A DNA stretch of 61,528 nucleotides, the filler included. It is 5 parts of 5 records of this genome, joined end to end, with 100 filler letters (N's around TTAATTAATTAA, not from the genome) between each part and the next. Parts side by side here need not be neighbours in the genome. Positions count along the whole stretch, not along the records: positions 30,373 to 48,586 come from SRR2962707_4879; 4 more parts are not named here. The stretch is one strand, 5' to 3'. The notes under the pieces are model-generated. The model did no database searches. It was given only the letters and a program-made list of their open reading frames with translations, and had not been told where the DNA came from. Below are positions 30,273-40,506 of the stretch, piece by piece. Positions within the stretch are counted from its first letter, which is position 1; every line of letters starts with the position of its first letter. Both the position numbers and the translations under genes were made by a program.

Positions 30273-30372
30273 NNNNNNNNNNNNNNNNNNNNNNNNNNNN
30301 NNNNNNNNNNNNNNNNTTAATTAATTAANNNNNNNNNNNNNNNNNNNNNNNNNNNNNNNNNNNNNNNNNNNN
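30273..30372. other. Artificial contig spacer
   Basis: N44-TTAATTAATTAA-N44. Confidence 0.99.
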
Positions 30373-30446
30373 GGCTTAGCGGGAGCGAAGTCTACACCAG
30401 CCTCGGATAAAAATAAACATCCAATCGCCGAATTCTTCGGGCATTT

Positions 30447-32093
30447 CTATCGCAGTTTGGTTTCTCGAAGCTGACGAATAAACTCCGGCGGATCGAAGCT
30501 GTCCGGGGTAGCGTTCGGCCAGTAGGTATCAAACACTCTTTCACCGGTCTCTCCTTCCAGAAGGGTACCCGGCTCCAGAAAGGGAAACAGGTCCATATAG
30601 GAATGGGTTTCCGTCTTGGAGGTGCGGCGGATGATGTGTTCCGGCCCAAGTTCGGAGGGGTGCTTGAGCCCTGACGCCTCAAGCAGGTTCATCAAGGCTT
30701 CCAGGGTGTTCTTGTGATAGTTGTAAACACGCTGGCTCTTATCCTGAACATCAAGCTTTTGGCTTCGCCTTGGGTCTTGGGTTGCAACACCGCTGGGGCA
30801 TTTTCCTGTATGGCAACTGAGCGCCTGTATGCAGCCGAGAGAGAACATGTAGCCCCTTGCCGCATTACACCAGTCTGCCCCCAGGGCCAGGGTCCGGGCT
30901 ATGTTGAATGCTGAGGTGATCTTGCCCGCAGCGCCAATGGCAATGTGTTCGCGCAGGTTGGTGCCCACGAGTGTGTTGTGTACCAGCAACAGGGCCTCCG
31001 TCATGGGTGTTCCAATACGGTTGATGAACTCCAGAGGAGCCGCGCCGGTGCCGCCTTCACCGCCATCCACAACGATGAAGTCCGGTGTTTTTCCTGTCTC
31101 CAGCATGGCTTTGACGATGGCGAACCACTCCCAGGGGTGACCTATAGCCAGTTTGAAACCCACTGGTTTGCCGCCAGACAGATCACGAAGTTTCTCCAGG
31201 TACTCGAGAAATTCCCTGGGTGTAGAGAAAGCCGAATGGCTGGCCGGGGAGACTACGTCCTTGCCAGCTTCGACACCTCGGGCCTCGGCAATTTCCGGTG
31301 TTACTTTCTCGCCGGGAAGGATGCCACCATGCCCAGGTTTGGCGCCCTGGGATAGTTTGACCTCTATCATTTTTACCTGGTCGAGAGTGGCATTGCGGGC
31401 GAACCTCTCTTCGCTGAAAGTGCCGTCTTCGTTGCGACATCCGAAGTATCCGGAACCAATTTCCCAGACCAGATCTCCGCCCGGTTCCCGGTGATAGCGG
31501 GATATGGAGCCTTCGCCGGTATCGTGATAGAAGTTCCCCATTTTTGCGCCAGCATTGAGGCTCAGGATGGCATTGGCCGACAATGAGCCAAAACTCATCG
31601 CCGAGATGTTGAAGACGCTGGCGTTATAGGGCTTGGCGCACTGTTTGCCAATCACGATCCGGAAGTCAGCGTCTTTCAGTGCAGAAGGCTGGAGGGAATG
31701 GTTGATCCACTCAAAACCCTCGTCATACATACCTAACTGTGAGCCGAAAGGGCGCTTGTCGAGCACGTTCTTGGCTCGCTGGTAAACGATGGTGCGCTGT
31801 TCACGTGAAAAGGGGCGTTCGTCGGTGTCGGACTGGATGAAGTACTGGCGTATTTCCGGGCCAATCGATTCAAGAAAATACCGAAAATGGGCAAGGATGG
31901 GGTAATTTCGGCTAACAGTGCGTTTACGCTGAAGCAGATCCCATGTGCCGGTTGCCGCCAATCCCCCGAGCAGGACGGGGACGAGATAAAACCAGCCCCC
32001 CCAGATGGTACTGGCCAGTAGAGAAACGATAAAGCCAGTCAGGCTCAGCGCATAAAGCGTATATCGGAAGGGGAAGGTTTCGGTTTTAGCCAT
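30447..32093 (-). CDS. FMN-binding glutamate synthase family protein, membrane-anchored
   Basis: Two N-terminal TMs; SAMSFGSLS, TGEG, KLSQGAKPGHGG, DGGEGGTGAAP, CIQALSCHTGKCPSG. Confidence 0.93.
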   Translation of the reverse strand: MAKTETFPFRYTLYALSLTGFIVSLLASTIWGGWFYLVPVLLGGLAATGTWDLLQRKRTVSRNYPILAHFRYFLESIGPEIRQYFIQSDTDERPFSREQRTIVYQRAKNVLDKRPFGSQLGMYDEGFEWINHSLQPSALKDADFRIVIGKQCAKPYNASVFNISAMSFGSLSANAILSLNAGAKMGNFYHDTGEGSISRYHREPGGDLVWEIGSGYFGCRNEDGTFSEERFARNATLDQVKMIEVKLSQGAKPGHGGILPGEKVTPEIAEARGVEAGKDVVSPASHSAFSTPREFLEYLEKLRDLSGGKPVGFKLAIGHPWEWFAIVKAMLETGKTPDFIVVDGGEGGTGAAPLEFINRIGTPMTEALLLVHNTLVGTNLREHIAIGAAGKITSAFNIARTLALGADWCNAARGYMFSLGCIQALSCHTGKCPSGVATQDPRRSQKLDVQDKSQRVYNYHKNTLEALMNLLEASGLKHPSELGPEHIIRRTSKTETHSYMDLFPFLEPGTLLEGETGERVFDTYWPNATPDSFDPPEFIRQLRETKLR

Positions 32094-32341
32094 AAACTCC
32101 TCTGAGTGGATGTGCAGTATGTTTGCAGAATATTAACAGTATAAGTGCGGGAGATACGTTCCCGTATGGCAAGACGGATCAAGGAGTAATTTGTACGAAC
32201 ACTGAAATATTGGTCTAAGATTGTTTTCAGGGCGTAAGTTGTCCGTTCTTTGATGTTTTGAACTCAAAGCAATAAGATGGCGAGCTTGTAACGTTTGCAT
32301 CCGAATATTGAAAAGATTTTCACCAACAGGAGGCTCAAAAC

Positions 32342-33931
32342 GTGGGCGACGTTGTAAAAGACGAGTACCAAACGGATTACGTCGCAGGCCAGGATAATAT
32401 TAATCCGTTTGGCCTGGACCTACACGCGCCAGTTTTTCCGATTACAGCAATAATCGTTGTTGCGTTTGTAATCGGGACGCTGATTTTCCCGGGAGAGGCG
32501 AAGGAGCTCCTCGACGGCGCCAAATGGTGGACCATCGCACAATTTGACTGGTTTTTCCTGATCAGTGCCAACATTTTTGTCGTTGTCTCCCTTGCTCTTA
32601 TATTCATGCCCGTTGGCAAAATTCGCATCGGCGGGATGGACGCCAAGCCAGAATTTTCGACGATGTCGTGGTTTGCCATGCTCTTCGCAGCAGGTATGGG
32701 TATCGGACTCATGTTCTGGGCCGTTGCCGAGCCAGTCGCCTACTACACGGGCTGGTATGAAACGCCGCTCGGCGTTGAGGCCAATACGGCCGAGGGCGCG
32801 CGGTTGGCCATGGGTGCGACCATGTATCACTGGGGTCTGCATCCCTGGGCAATCTACGCGATTGTGGCTCTGTCTCTGGCGTTTTTCGCCTACAACAAGA
32901 ACATGCCGCTGACCATTCGCTCTGCGTTCTTCCCACTGCTCCGTGATAGGGTTTGGGGCTGGCCCGGCCATATCATTGATATCCTGGCGGTGGTGGCAAC
33001 CATTTTTGGTCTCGCCACGTCTCTTGGTTTTGGTGCGCAACAGGCTGCCTCCGGCCTGGATTATCTGTTCGGGATTTCGTCAGGCATCAACGTACAGATG
33101 GCGATTATTACCGGCGTGACGGCTCTTGCCCTGATTTCAGTGCTGCGAGGCCTCGACGGTGGCGTTAAGATCCTGAGTAACGTCAACATGTCACTGGCCG
33201 GCATTCTGTTGTTCTTCATTATCTTCGCCGGTCCGACCATGACCATTTTCGAAACCATCTGGGTGACCTCATCCAGCTACGTCGGCAATGCGCTGGCACT
33301 CAGCAATCCGTTTGGTCGTGAAGATGAAGCCTGGTTCCATGGCTGGACGGTCTTCTACTGGGCGTGGTGGATTTCCTGGTCGCCGTTCGTTGGTATGTTT
33401 ATCGCTCGCGTATCCAAGGGCCGCACGGTTCGTGAATTCGTGACTGCGGTACTGATCGTGCCGACCGTTATTACCGTGGTTTGGATGAGCGCATTTGGCG
33501 GTTCCGCTCTGGAGCAGATCCAGGACGGCATTGGTGCTCTGGCTGAGAATGGTCTGACGGACGTGTCCCTGGCCATGTTCCAGATGTTCGCTAACCTGCC
33601 GTTCGTTGCCATCTCATCCTTCGTGGGTATCGTGCTGGTGCTGGTGTTCTTCGTGACATCGTCTGATTCCGGTTCGTTGGTCGTGGACAGCATTACCGCG
33701 GGCGGTAAAACCGACGCTCCGACTGCGCAGCGTGTGTTCTGGGTAGTAATGGAAGGTGCCATTGCCGCAGCACTGATCTTCGGTGGCGGCGAAGACGCAC
33801 TGAGCGCGATTCAGGCAGCTGCCATTACGGCAGGGCTTCCGTTTACAGCCGTGTTGCTGGTCATGACCTGGGGGCTGCTGAAAGGCCTCACCCATGAGCG
33901 CAAGCTGCTGATTGCCGAAGGTAAGCTCTGA
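32342..33931 (+). CDS. BCCT-family (betaine/carnitine/choline) transporter
   Basis: WFAMLFAAGMGIGLMFW, HWGLHPWAIY, WTVFYWAWWISWSPFVGMFIARVS. Confidence 0.95.
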   Translation: MGDVVKDEYQTDYVAGQDNINPFGLDLHAPVFPITAIIVVAFVIGTLIFPGEAKELLDGAKWWTIAQFDWFFLISANIFVVVSLALIFMPVGKIRIGGMDAKPEFSTMSWFAMLFAAGMGIGLMFWAVAEPVAYYTGWYETPLGVEANTAEGARLAMGATMYHWGLHPWAIYAIVALSLAFFAYNKNMPLTIRSAFFPLLRDRVWGWPGHIIDILAVVATIFGLATSLGFGAQQAASGLDYLFGISSGINVQMAIITGVTALALISVLRGLDGGVKILSNVNMSLAGILLFFIIFAGPTMTIFETIWVTSSSYVGNALALSNPFGREDEAWFHGWTVFYWAWWISWSPFVGMFIARVSKGRTVREFVTAVLIVPTVITVVWMSAFGGSALEQIQDGIGALAENGLTDVSLAMFQMFANLPFVAISSFVGIVLVLVFFVTSSDSGSLVVDSITAGGKTDAPTAQRVFWVVMEGAIAAALIFGGGEDALSAIQAAAITAGLPFTAVLLVMTWGLLKGLTHERKLLIAEGKL

Positions 33932-33946
33932 GAAGTGTGAGAAAGT

Positions 33947-33976
33947 AAAAAAACCGGGGTTTGCCCCGGTTTTTTT
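33947..33976. terminator. Bidirectional intrinsic terminator
   Basis: AAAAAAACCGGGG-TTTG-CCCCGGTTTTTTT between convergent genes. Confidence 0.85.
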
Positions 33977-33994
33977 GTGCCTGCTATTTGAAGG

Positions 33995-34945
33995 TCAGGT
34001 TTTGGACGTGAAGGTATCCATAGCGAATGCGGCTCTTTCTTCCGGGGTGAAGTGCGTCCTTCGGAGGGCTTCGATTTGCCTCAGGCGCGGCAACAGACCG
34101 CGACCATTGGCCATCTGGATGGCCAGGCCGGGGCGGGCGTTCAGCTCAAGCAGCAAAGGCCCTTCGTTTGCGTCCACGACCAGATCGACACCCATATATC
34201 CCAGCCCGGTTGCCTCGTAGCATCGTGATGCCATTACCAGCATTTCCTGCCAGTCATCAATCACCAGGTTTTCCAGGGCGAGGCCTGTATCGGGATGCAG
34301 AGTGATCGGTCGATTGAACTGTACCGCATTCAGGCTGTGGCCATTGGCGATATTGAGTCCAACACCTACGGCACCCTGGTGTAGATTGGCCTTGCCATCT
34401 GAAGCGGTTGTAGCAAGCCGAAGCATTGCCATCACGGGGTAGCCCTGAAAAACGACGATGCGGATATCCGGTACACCCTGGAAGGAATACTTGGCGAGCG
34501 ATGGAATCGATTCCACCAGGTTCTCGACAATGGCGACGTCGGGCGTGCCGGCCAGCGAGTAGAGCCCGGCAAGAATGTTGGACAGGTGGCGCTCAAGGTG
34601 GCTCGAGGATACCCGCGAGCCCGAGGCCTTGACGTAATCGTTATCGTCCCGGCCGGTAATCACGGTAATCCCTTTACCTCCGGAACCCTTGGCCGGTTTG
34701 ATGGCAAAGCCGTCCAGGTCCTCTGCCATTTCCCGGAAATGGGAGATTTCGTGTTGCTGACGCACCACCTGCAGCAGCCTGGGGGTGCGAACATCGTATT
34801 CGGCAACCACCAGCTTGGTTTTGAGTTTGTTGTCCACCAAGGGGTATGAAGAACGGCTATTGTACCGCGCAATGTAGTCCACATTGCGCCGGTTCATGTT
34901 CAGCATGCCCAGTTGGTTCAGCTTGAAGGGCGAAATCCAGCCCAT
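33995..34945 (-). CDS. Alpha-L-glutamate ligase-like ATP-grasp protein
   Basis: VDNKLKTK, IKPAKGSGGKGI, GVPDIR, KANLHQG, LELNARPGL. Confidence 0.9.
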   Translation of the reverse strand: MGWISPFKLNQLGMLNMNRRNVDYIARYNSRSSYPLVDNKLKTKLVVAEYDVRTPRLLQVVRQQHEISHFREMAEDLDGFAIKPAKGSGGKGITVITGRDDNDYVKASGSRVSSSHLERHLSNILAGLYSLAGTPDVAIVENLVESIPSLAKYSFQGVPDIRIVVFQGYPVMAMLRLATTASDGKANLHQGAVGVGLNIANGHSLNAVQFNRPITLHPDTGLALENLVIDDWQEMLVMASRCYEATGLGYMGVDLVVDANEGPLLLELNARPGLAIQMANGRGLLPRLRQIEALRRTHFTPEERAAFAMDTFTSKT

Positions 34946-36462
34946 CAGTTATACGCCTTCATCGGATAAAAACGACGGAGCTCTGTGAGCTTGTAGCCCG
35001 TGTACTGTCCCATCAGCAGGATCAGCCCCAAAACCACGAAATGAAGTTCCGGGAAATTAAACGTCAGGTGGCTCGCCAGGGGCGCGCTCATAATCAGAAA
35101 TGCGCAGACTGCGACAAACAAACTGCCGGCTCCCTGAACAAACACCTCCCGGGCGCCTTCCTCTTCCCAGAGTATGGACATGCGCTCTATCGTCCAGGCG
35201 ATAATCACCATGGGGAAGAAGGTAACCGTCATCCCCGTGTTGAAGCCCATTTGATAACCCGCGATGCTCAGCCCGGCCGTGATAAAGATCACGAGAATGA
35301 TCAGCGCGGATATTCGCGAGACCAGCAGCAGGTTAAGGCTCGACAGGTAGCCACGCATGAGCAGGCCAATGGCCACCACGGAAATAAAGGCTATCAGCCC
35401 CGGAATCAGTGTCGTCTGCACAAAGGCCACGGCGATCAGTATCGGCATGAACGTGCCGGACGTTCGTATGCCGACGACAATTCGCATAAAGGCCACCACG
35501 AGCGCCCCAAGGGGAAGCAGCAGAAGCATTCTGAACATGCTTTGCTCTTCAATGGGGAGCTGGTAAAGACTCAGGAAGCCGAGGCCATTCTCGCTGGACT
35601 GAGCCTGCGCCAATTGCAGTGCCGGGATGGTTTGCCGAAGCATGGAAAAGCTAACGTCTGAATTGTCACCGCCGACAATATCCAGCAGGGAAGCCGCAGC
35701 CTGTCGCCACAGCAAGACATGTTCCGGAAGCCCCTGTTCCGCTGTGCGGGGGTTGAAGGTCAGCCATCGGGAACCGTCATAGATCTGCAGGAATGGACGA
35801 AGTTGCTGGCGTCGCCTGGCATCTTCCAGGGCCAGGCCGTCTGCCGTTCGAGCGGGAATGCCTGCATGATTGAGCATCCGGGTCAGCAGATCAATGTAGT
35901 TTGCTTCGGACACGAGCAGGGTGGTGTTCTGGGCGCCCTGGTCCGGTTGGAGCAGTTTAATCAGTTCCCGGGTCATGCTCTCAGGCGTGCTGGAGCGTTC
36001 AGCGGCCTGTTGCAACAACTCTTCCACGGCTGTTGCCTGAGGTTCTTCCCAGAAGACCGGTTCAGGTTTGGGCGGTCGTTTGGGCTGGCTGCCCAGGGCT
36101 CTGTCATCAGGTATCAGTTGAACCTTGAAGTAGAGCGTCTGGGGGCCGCTAACGTTGCGCTTTGACCACTCAGCCCGGCGTTCACCGGAGTCATCCACGA
36201 TGGAAAAACCGTAACCGGGAGATGCAGCCTGCTCCGAAATAATGCGGAATTGGGGTGGCTGATCGGGGATGTTCAGGCTGGCGAGTACGGGTTCTCCGGT
36301 GCCATCGAAGTCCACTCGGGCCTCAACCATCCAGACCGGCTTTTGCTCCCCCGTAAACCAGGGAATGCCGAGCTCGACGTGCCGCCAAGTGGCTATCGAA
36401 ATTCCAGCCGCAATAAGAAGGAGGATGGCGAAAAAAAACGGAATGCGTGAGCGGCTACTCAA
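34945..36462 (-). CDS. Inactive transglutaminase fused to a 7-TM membrane domain
   Basis: MLNHAGIPAR with no upstream catalytic Cys; C-terminal TM bundle with GIRTSGTFMP and FFPMVIIAWTIER. Confidence 0.88.
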   Translation of the reverse strand: MSSRSRIPFFFAILLLIAAGISIATWRHVELGIPWFTGEQKPVWMVEARVDFDGTGEPVLASLNIPDQPPQFRIISEQAASPGYGFSIVDDSGERRAEWSKRNVSGPQTLYFKVQLIPDDRALGSQPKRPPKPEPVFWEEPQATAVEELLQQAAERSSTPESMTRELIKLLQPDQGAQNTTLLVSEANYIDLLTRMLNHAGIPARTADGLALEDARRRQQLRPFLQIYDGSRWLTFNPRTAEQGLPEHVLLWRQAAASLLDIVGGDNSDVSFSMLRQTIPALQLAQAQSSENGLGFLSLYQLPIEEQSMFRMLLLLPLGALVVAFMRIVVGIRTSGTFMPILIAVAFVQTTLIPGLIAFISVVAIGLLMRGYLSSLNLLLVSRISALIILVIFITAGLSIAGYQMGFNTGMTVTFFPMVIIAWTIERMSILWEEEGAREVFVQGAGSLFVAVCAFLIMSAPLASHLTFNFPELHFVVLGLILLMGQYTGYKLTELRRFYPMKAYN

Positions 36463-37256
36463 GGTTGGTCCCCATTTTCTTCGGCTGGCAGTTTGTCGGG
36501 CAGTTCGGTGGCGAACTCCTTGCCCACATCAATCAACATGACGTCCCTCAGAATGTTGCGGCCAACCAGCACCGTGTGTGAGAGGTGCTCTCGGTTGGTC
36601 AGTGTAAACTCAGCCTGTTGCCGGTGGTTGCCAATCATGAACTGCAACTCCACCACCACACGGCGTTCCGATTCATCGGTGCTGGACTGGATAATCCTGA
36701 CCCGGCGTGAGATTTCCCGTTCCAGCGTTACCATGTCTTCGGAGTCAGGTACCGGCACGTCAAACCTTACCCAGTTATTCCCATCCCGTTCAAACCGCGT
36801 GATGTTTCGGGCATCCAATGAAGAGGTTTCGGCCCCGCTGTCAATGCGAGCATCGTAAATCAGGCCGGGGCCAGCAAGGTAGAATTTCTCCAACTCTCCA
36901 ACAACAACCTTGCCCTTGAGTCGGTCGGCCCTTCCATCGCTTTTGGAACCAGACTGCCCCGCTGTGCAGGCCTGCTGTTTGGGGGTGGGAGGGCAGGCGG
37001 GTTTTTCGACCTGTTCGGTGATGGCGTCGAGGATGGTTTTCGTGGATTCCTCATTCAGCCGGGTCAGCGCCTGGAAATTCTCATCTGTCCGGTTCTCAAG
37101 GCGAACGACCTGTTCACCCTGATTAATAACGGAGGTATTCAGCGCGTCAAGATCCTGCTTCGGCACCATAAAGTAACGATCCGCAGTGCAGCCGGTGATG
37201 AGTGATACCACAAGGCCGGCCGCGGCCAACTTTCCAAACTCTGAACGTATAGACAA
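36459..37256 (-). CDS. Retropepsin-like (RimK-associated 'zinc protease') peptidase, lipoprotein
   Basis: TTG start (inferred); lipobox LITGC; ARIDSGAETSSL; FTLTNR; VLVGRN. Confidence 0.85.
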   Translation of the reverse strand: MSIRSEFGKLAAAGLVVSLITGCTADRYFMVPKQDLDALNTSVINQGEQVVRLENRTDENFQALTRLNEESTKTILDAITEQVEKPACPPTPKQQACTAGQSGSKSDGRADRLKGKVVVGELEKFYLAGPGLIYDARIDSGAETSSLDARNITRFERDGNNWVRFDVPVPDSEDMVTLEREISRRVRIIQSSTDESERRVVVELQFMIGNHRQQAEFTLTNREHLSHTVLVGRNILRDVMLIDVGKEFATELPDKLPAEENGDQP

Positions 37257-37410
37257 GATCCGAAACCCCTGAATCCACGACTTTGATACTTTAATTACAG
37301 AGTGCTGCAAGGATAATTCGGGTGTGCTAGAACAGCCACTTGTAATCACAGGCCGGCAGTATACAACAACATAACTGTTGAGTCGGTTTACAGATCATTA
37401 ACGGCGGGTA

Positions 37411-37797
37411 TTATTTTTTCCCGGATGTCCGGGAAAGGAAGTGGTTTTGAGCAAGAACTTCTTCGGAACGAAGGTATTCCTGCACCACAGGGGAGCAGTT
37501 CAGGTAAAACAGCAGCAGTTCTCTCTGGACATCCTGATCCTGAATGCGGGAAGCGAAGTGAATCAGATCGCGGATGGATTCGTCCCCATTGTTCTGAAAG
37601 GTTCTGCCGTAGCGCCCCTTCAGGATGCCAGTCAGTCTTTCCAGGTGGAATTCCCCGGTGTGGGTCATATGGGGAAGAATGCGAAAACCACCGTGGCTGG
37701 CTTGAGCGCCAGGCCTGCGGTATTCACGGCCTTCCACGTCCGAACACCCGGAATGGGAGAATTCAGATCCCAATTTTCTCCATAGCTCTTTGAGCAT
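37411..37797 (-). CDS. Hypothetical protein (128 aa)
   Basis: AGGA RBS before ATG; fills the gap between operons; no recognised motif. Confidence 0.6.
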   Translation of the reverse strand: MLKELWRKLGSEFSHSGCSDVEGREYRRPGAQASHGGFRILPHMTHTGEFHLERLTGILKGRYGRTFQNNGDESIRDLIHFASRIQDQDVQRELLLFYLNCSPVVQEYLRSEEVLAQNHFLSRTSGKK

Positions 37798-37977
37798 GTT
37801 GAATTCCTGTCCCTTATACTGCTCCTGGACCTTGGCACCCGGCAGCAAACCAGCCATTCTGTCGGCAAACAGGCCACATTCACCGTTTTAGATGATATTA
37901 CGTTCCGAGTCCAGAGCCGGATGCCTTGGGTCGGGAAATTTGCCAATTGGTCCACTAGAACCAGTGAATGGCAAACC

Positions 37978-38006
37978 TTTGACGTGAGTCCGAACAAAAA
38001 GGTTCC
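37978..38006 (-). promoter_or_regulatory. Putative sigma-E (RpoE/AlgU)-type promoter
   Basis: Minus strand GGAACCT-N17-TCAAA. Confidence 0.5.
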
Positions 38007-38068
38007 ACGAATACGGTAAACTGTTGTTCTATCGTAATGTTTGAGTCAGTCATTTAGAGGAGATCGGG

Positions 38069-39640
38069 GTGCCCGAGGCAATCATCGATATAGTGGGGCG
38101 TAGGCCGGAAACCGTCACTTTGCTGATTTTGTTGGTGCTAGCGCTGTGCTGTCTGGTGTTTTCAATGGTTAAGGGGGGCCGTGCCAGATCCGCACTCCGG
38201 GAGCTTGAGTACACGCGGGCGATGGACGAACAGCGCCTCCATCAGCTTGAAGCGGCTCTCGAAAACGGCAAAACCGAGGCAGAGCAGGCGAGCCGGGACA
38301 CCGAACATTGGCGACAGCGTGCGGCAACGCTGGAAAATCGGGTGGCCGGGCTGGAATCCGAAAGTAAGGCGCGGCTGGATCGCATAGAACAACTCGAAAC
38401 CGAGAGGAAGTCCCAGCAGCAGCGAGCCGATGAGCTCTCCCGCGAGCTTGGCGACGCCAGGGTTGCCCAGCGCGAGCAGGAAGTAACGCTGGACAAGGAG
38501 CGCCGTGCAACCACGGAGAAACTGGAGTTACTGGAACGAAATCGTGATGCGTTGAAACAGGAGTTCGAGAATCTTGCGAATCGTATTTTCGAGCAGAAGA
38601 GCGAGCGCTTCAGCCAGCAGACCCGCACCAGCATCGACACCCTGCTGAACCCATTCCGGGATCAACTCCAGGATTTCCGTAAACGGGTAGAGGATGTCTA
38701 TACCACCGAAACTCGGGATCGACAGGCATTAAGGAGTGAGATCAAATCCCTGCAGGAACTGAACCGCCAGATCACCGAAGAAGCTTCCAACCTCACGAAG
38801 GCGCTTAAAGGAGACAAGAAAATCCAGGGCAACTGGGGCGAGCTGATTCTGGAGCGCGTCCTCGAGCGCTCCGGTTTGCGCAAGGGTATTGAGTATGAAA
38901 CCCAGGGCAGCTACCGAGATGATGACAACCAGTTGCTGCGCCCCGATGTCATCGTTCATTTGCCGGACAGCCGAAACCTGGTGGTGGATTCGAAGGTGTC
39001 CCTGCTGGCCTACCAGCAGTGGGCAACGGAAGAGGATGAGACTGCCAGGGAAGAAGCCCTTCGCCAGCACGTTGAGGCGGTGCGTAATCATATTCGCGCC
39101 CTGAGCGAGAAAGATTACAGCCAGCTTCACGGCCTGCACTCTCCGGATTTCGTGTTTCTTTTCATGCCCATTGAACCGGCCTTTGTGGCTGCATTTCAGC
39201 AGGACGAGAACCTATTCGCAGAAGCGTTCGAGCGAAAGATTATTGTGGTTACACCGACGACATTGCTTGCGACCTTGCGAACCATTGAAAATATCTGGCG
39301 ATACGAGCGTCAAAGCCAGAATGCGCGTAGGATTGCCGACCGTGCCAGTGCGGTGTACGACAAGCTTCGGGTTTTTGTAGAAGCGATGGAAAAGCTGGGC
39401 AGCCAGTTGCACACCGCGCAGGGAACCTATGATTCGGCGATGAATACGCTCACCCGTGGTCGCGGCAACCTTATCTCGCAAGCCAATCGCTTTGTGGAGT
39501 TGGGCGTTCGTGTTAAAAAAGAACTCCCGAAAGCGATTTTGGATCAAGCCGAAGTGGACGCCGATGGTGTGGATGACACCAGCGATCCGGTCGGGCCCAC
39601 GGTGGACGAAGACGCCGCCCGGGATAATCAGCAGGAGTAA
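38069..39640 (+). CDS. rmuC: DNA recombination protein RmuC
   Basis: N-terminal TM and coiled coil; QGNWGELILE, RPDVIVHLP, DSKVSL, FMPIE, TPTTLLATLRTI. Confidence 0.95.
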   Translation: MPEAIIDIVGRRPETVTLLILLVLALCCLVFSMVKGGRARSALRELEYTRAMDEQRLHQLEAALENGKTEAEQASRDTEHWRQRAATLENRVAGLESESKARLDRIEQLETERKSQQQRADELSRELGDARVAQREQEVTLDKERRATTEKLELLERNRDALKQEFENLANRIFEQKSERFSQQTRTSIDTLLNPFRDQLQDFRKRVEDVYTTETRDRQALRSEIKSLQELNRQITEEASNLTKALKGDKKIQGNWGELILERVLERSGLRKGIEYETQGSYRDDDNQLLRPDVIVHLPDSRNLVVDSKVSLLAYQQWATEEDETAREEALRQHVEAVRNHIRALSEKDYSQLHGLHSPDFVFLFMPIEPAFVAAFQQDENLFAEAFERKIIVVTPTTLLATLRTIENIWRYERQSQNARRIADRASAVYDKLRVFVEAMEKLGSQLHTAQGTYDSAMNTLTRGRGNLISQANRFVELGVRVKKELPKAILDQAEVDADGVDDTSDPVGPTVDEDAARDNQQE

Positions 39641-39645
39641 ACAAG

Positions 39646-40506
39646 ATGGTGAAGATAACCCGAGTCGGGCGTCGTTCAGTCAGTGGTTTTATGTTGGCAT
39701 CCCTACTGATGGCCGGTCAGGTTAGTGCCCTTGAGCCTGAACACGAGACCCGTCGATTAATGCTTGCCACTGAAGAGGCCGTTTCCTCAGAGAGCTGGGG
39801 TGAAGCGGGTGAGTACCTGAACCGTCTCCAGCAACTGGAGGGGGAGAAACCGGCGAACTATTTCTATTTTCGCGGCCGCGTGATGCTGGAATCTGATCAC
39901 TACAATGAGGCACAAGCAGCGTTGGAAAAGTACGTCAGTCTGGCGGGCAGTGAAGGCGAGCACTACACCGATGCGCTCAAACTGATAACCAATGTCGAAA
40001 AAGCCCGCCAGCAAGAGGGCGCAAGTGCCAAGAACAATGGCTCTATTGATCCGGAGCCAGTGGCCATTATCGAGCCTGCAAGCGAGCAGTCGCTGGGGAA
40101 ACTCCGGGAACTCTATCTGGCGGATTCGAACGCCGACGCGCTGGTGATTCATGCCAATACGCTCCTGGACGTTGCTGGTTGGCGTGAAGATCAGAGGATC
40201 GTAAGGCTGGACCGTCCTGCCGATGTGTCGTACAGGATTGAGAGGCTGAACGACACTATCAGTATCCAGGAGTCCCGACGTGAGTCCGGTGGTCGTGTTG
40301 TCAAAACGACCGAGTCCATGGGCGTTTTCGGAGTCAATCCTCAGATTGAATGGAATTGCGAGAGTTCAACCGCCAGTTGCTGGATTTACGACCCACGAGA
40401 TGGCTCGCGGTTGATGAAACTCAGCCCGGATCGCGAACGGGCCGAGGAAATTGCCCGCACCCTTGGCCGGCTGATTCGCACCATGCAGAGCCCCAGTCAA
40501 TCCTGA
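39646..40506 (+). CDS. Secreted hypothetical protein with a TPR-like N-terminal region
   Basis: Signal peptide; helical repeats (YFYFRGRV..YNEAQAALEKY); 5 bp after rmuC. Confidence 0.7.
   Translation: MVKITRVGRRSVSGFMLASLLMAGQVSALEPEHETRRLMLATEEAVSSESWGEAGEYLNRLQQLEGEKPANYFYFRGRVMLESDHYNEAQAALEKYVSLAGSEGEHYTDALKLITNVEKARQQEGASAKNNGSIDPEPVAIIEPASEQSLGKLRELYLADSNADALVIHANTLLDVAGWREDQRIVRLDRPADVSYRIERLNDTISIQESRRESGGRVVKTTESMGVFGVNPQIEWNCESSTASCWIYDPRDGSRLMKLSPDRERAEEIARTLGRLIRTMQSPSQS

Noticed and set aside
37798-38068. c-di-GMP riboswitch suggested by GGCAAAC motifs
   Set aside because: The remaining conserved stem and tetraloop elements could not be found.
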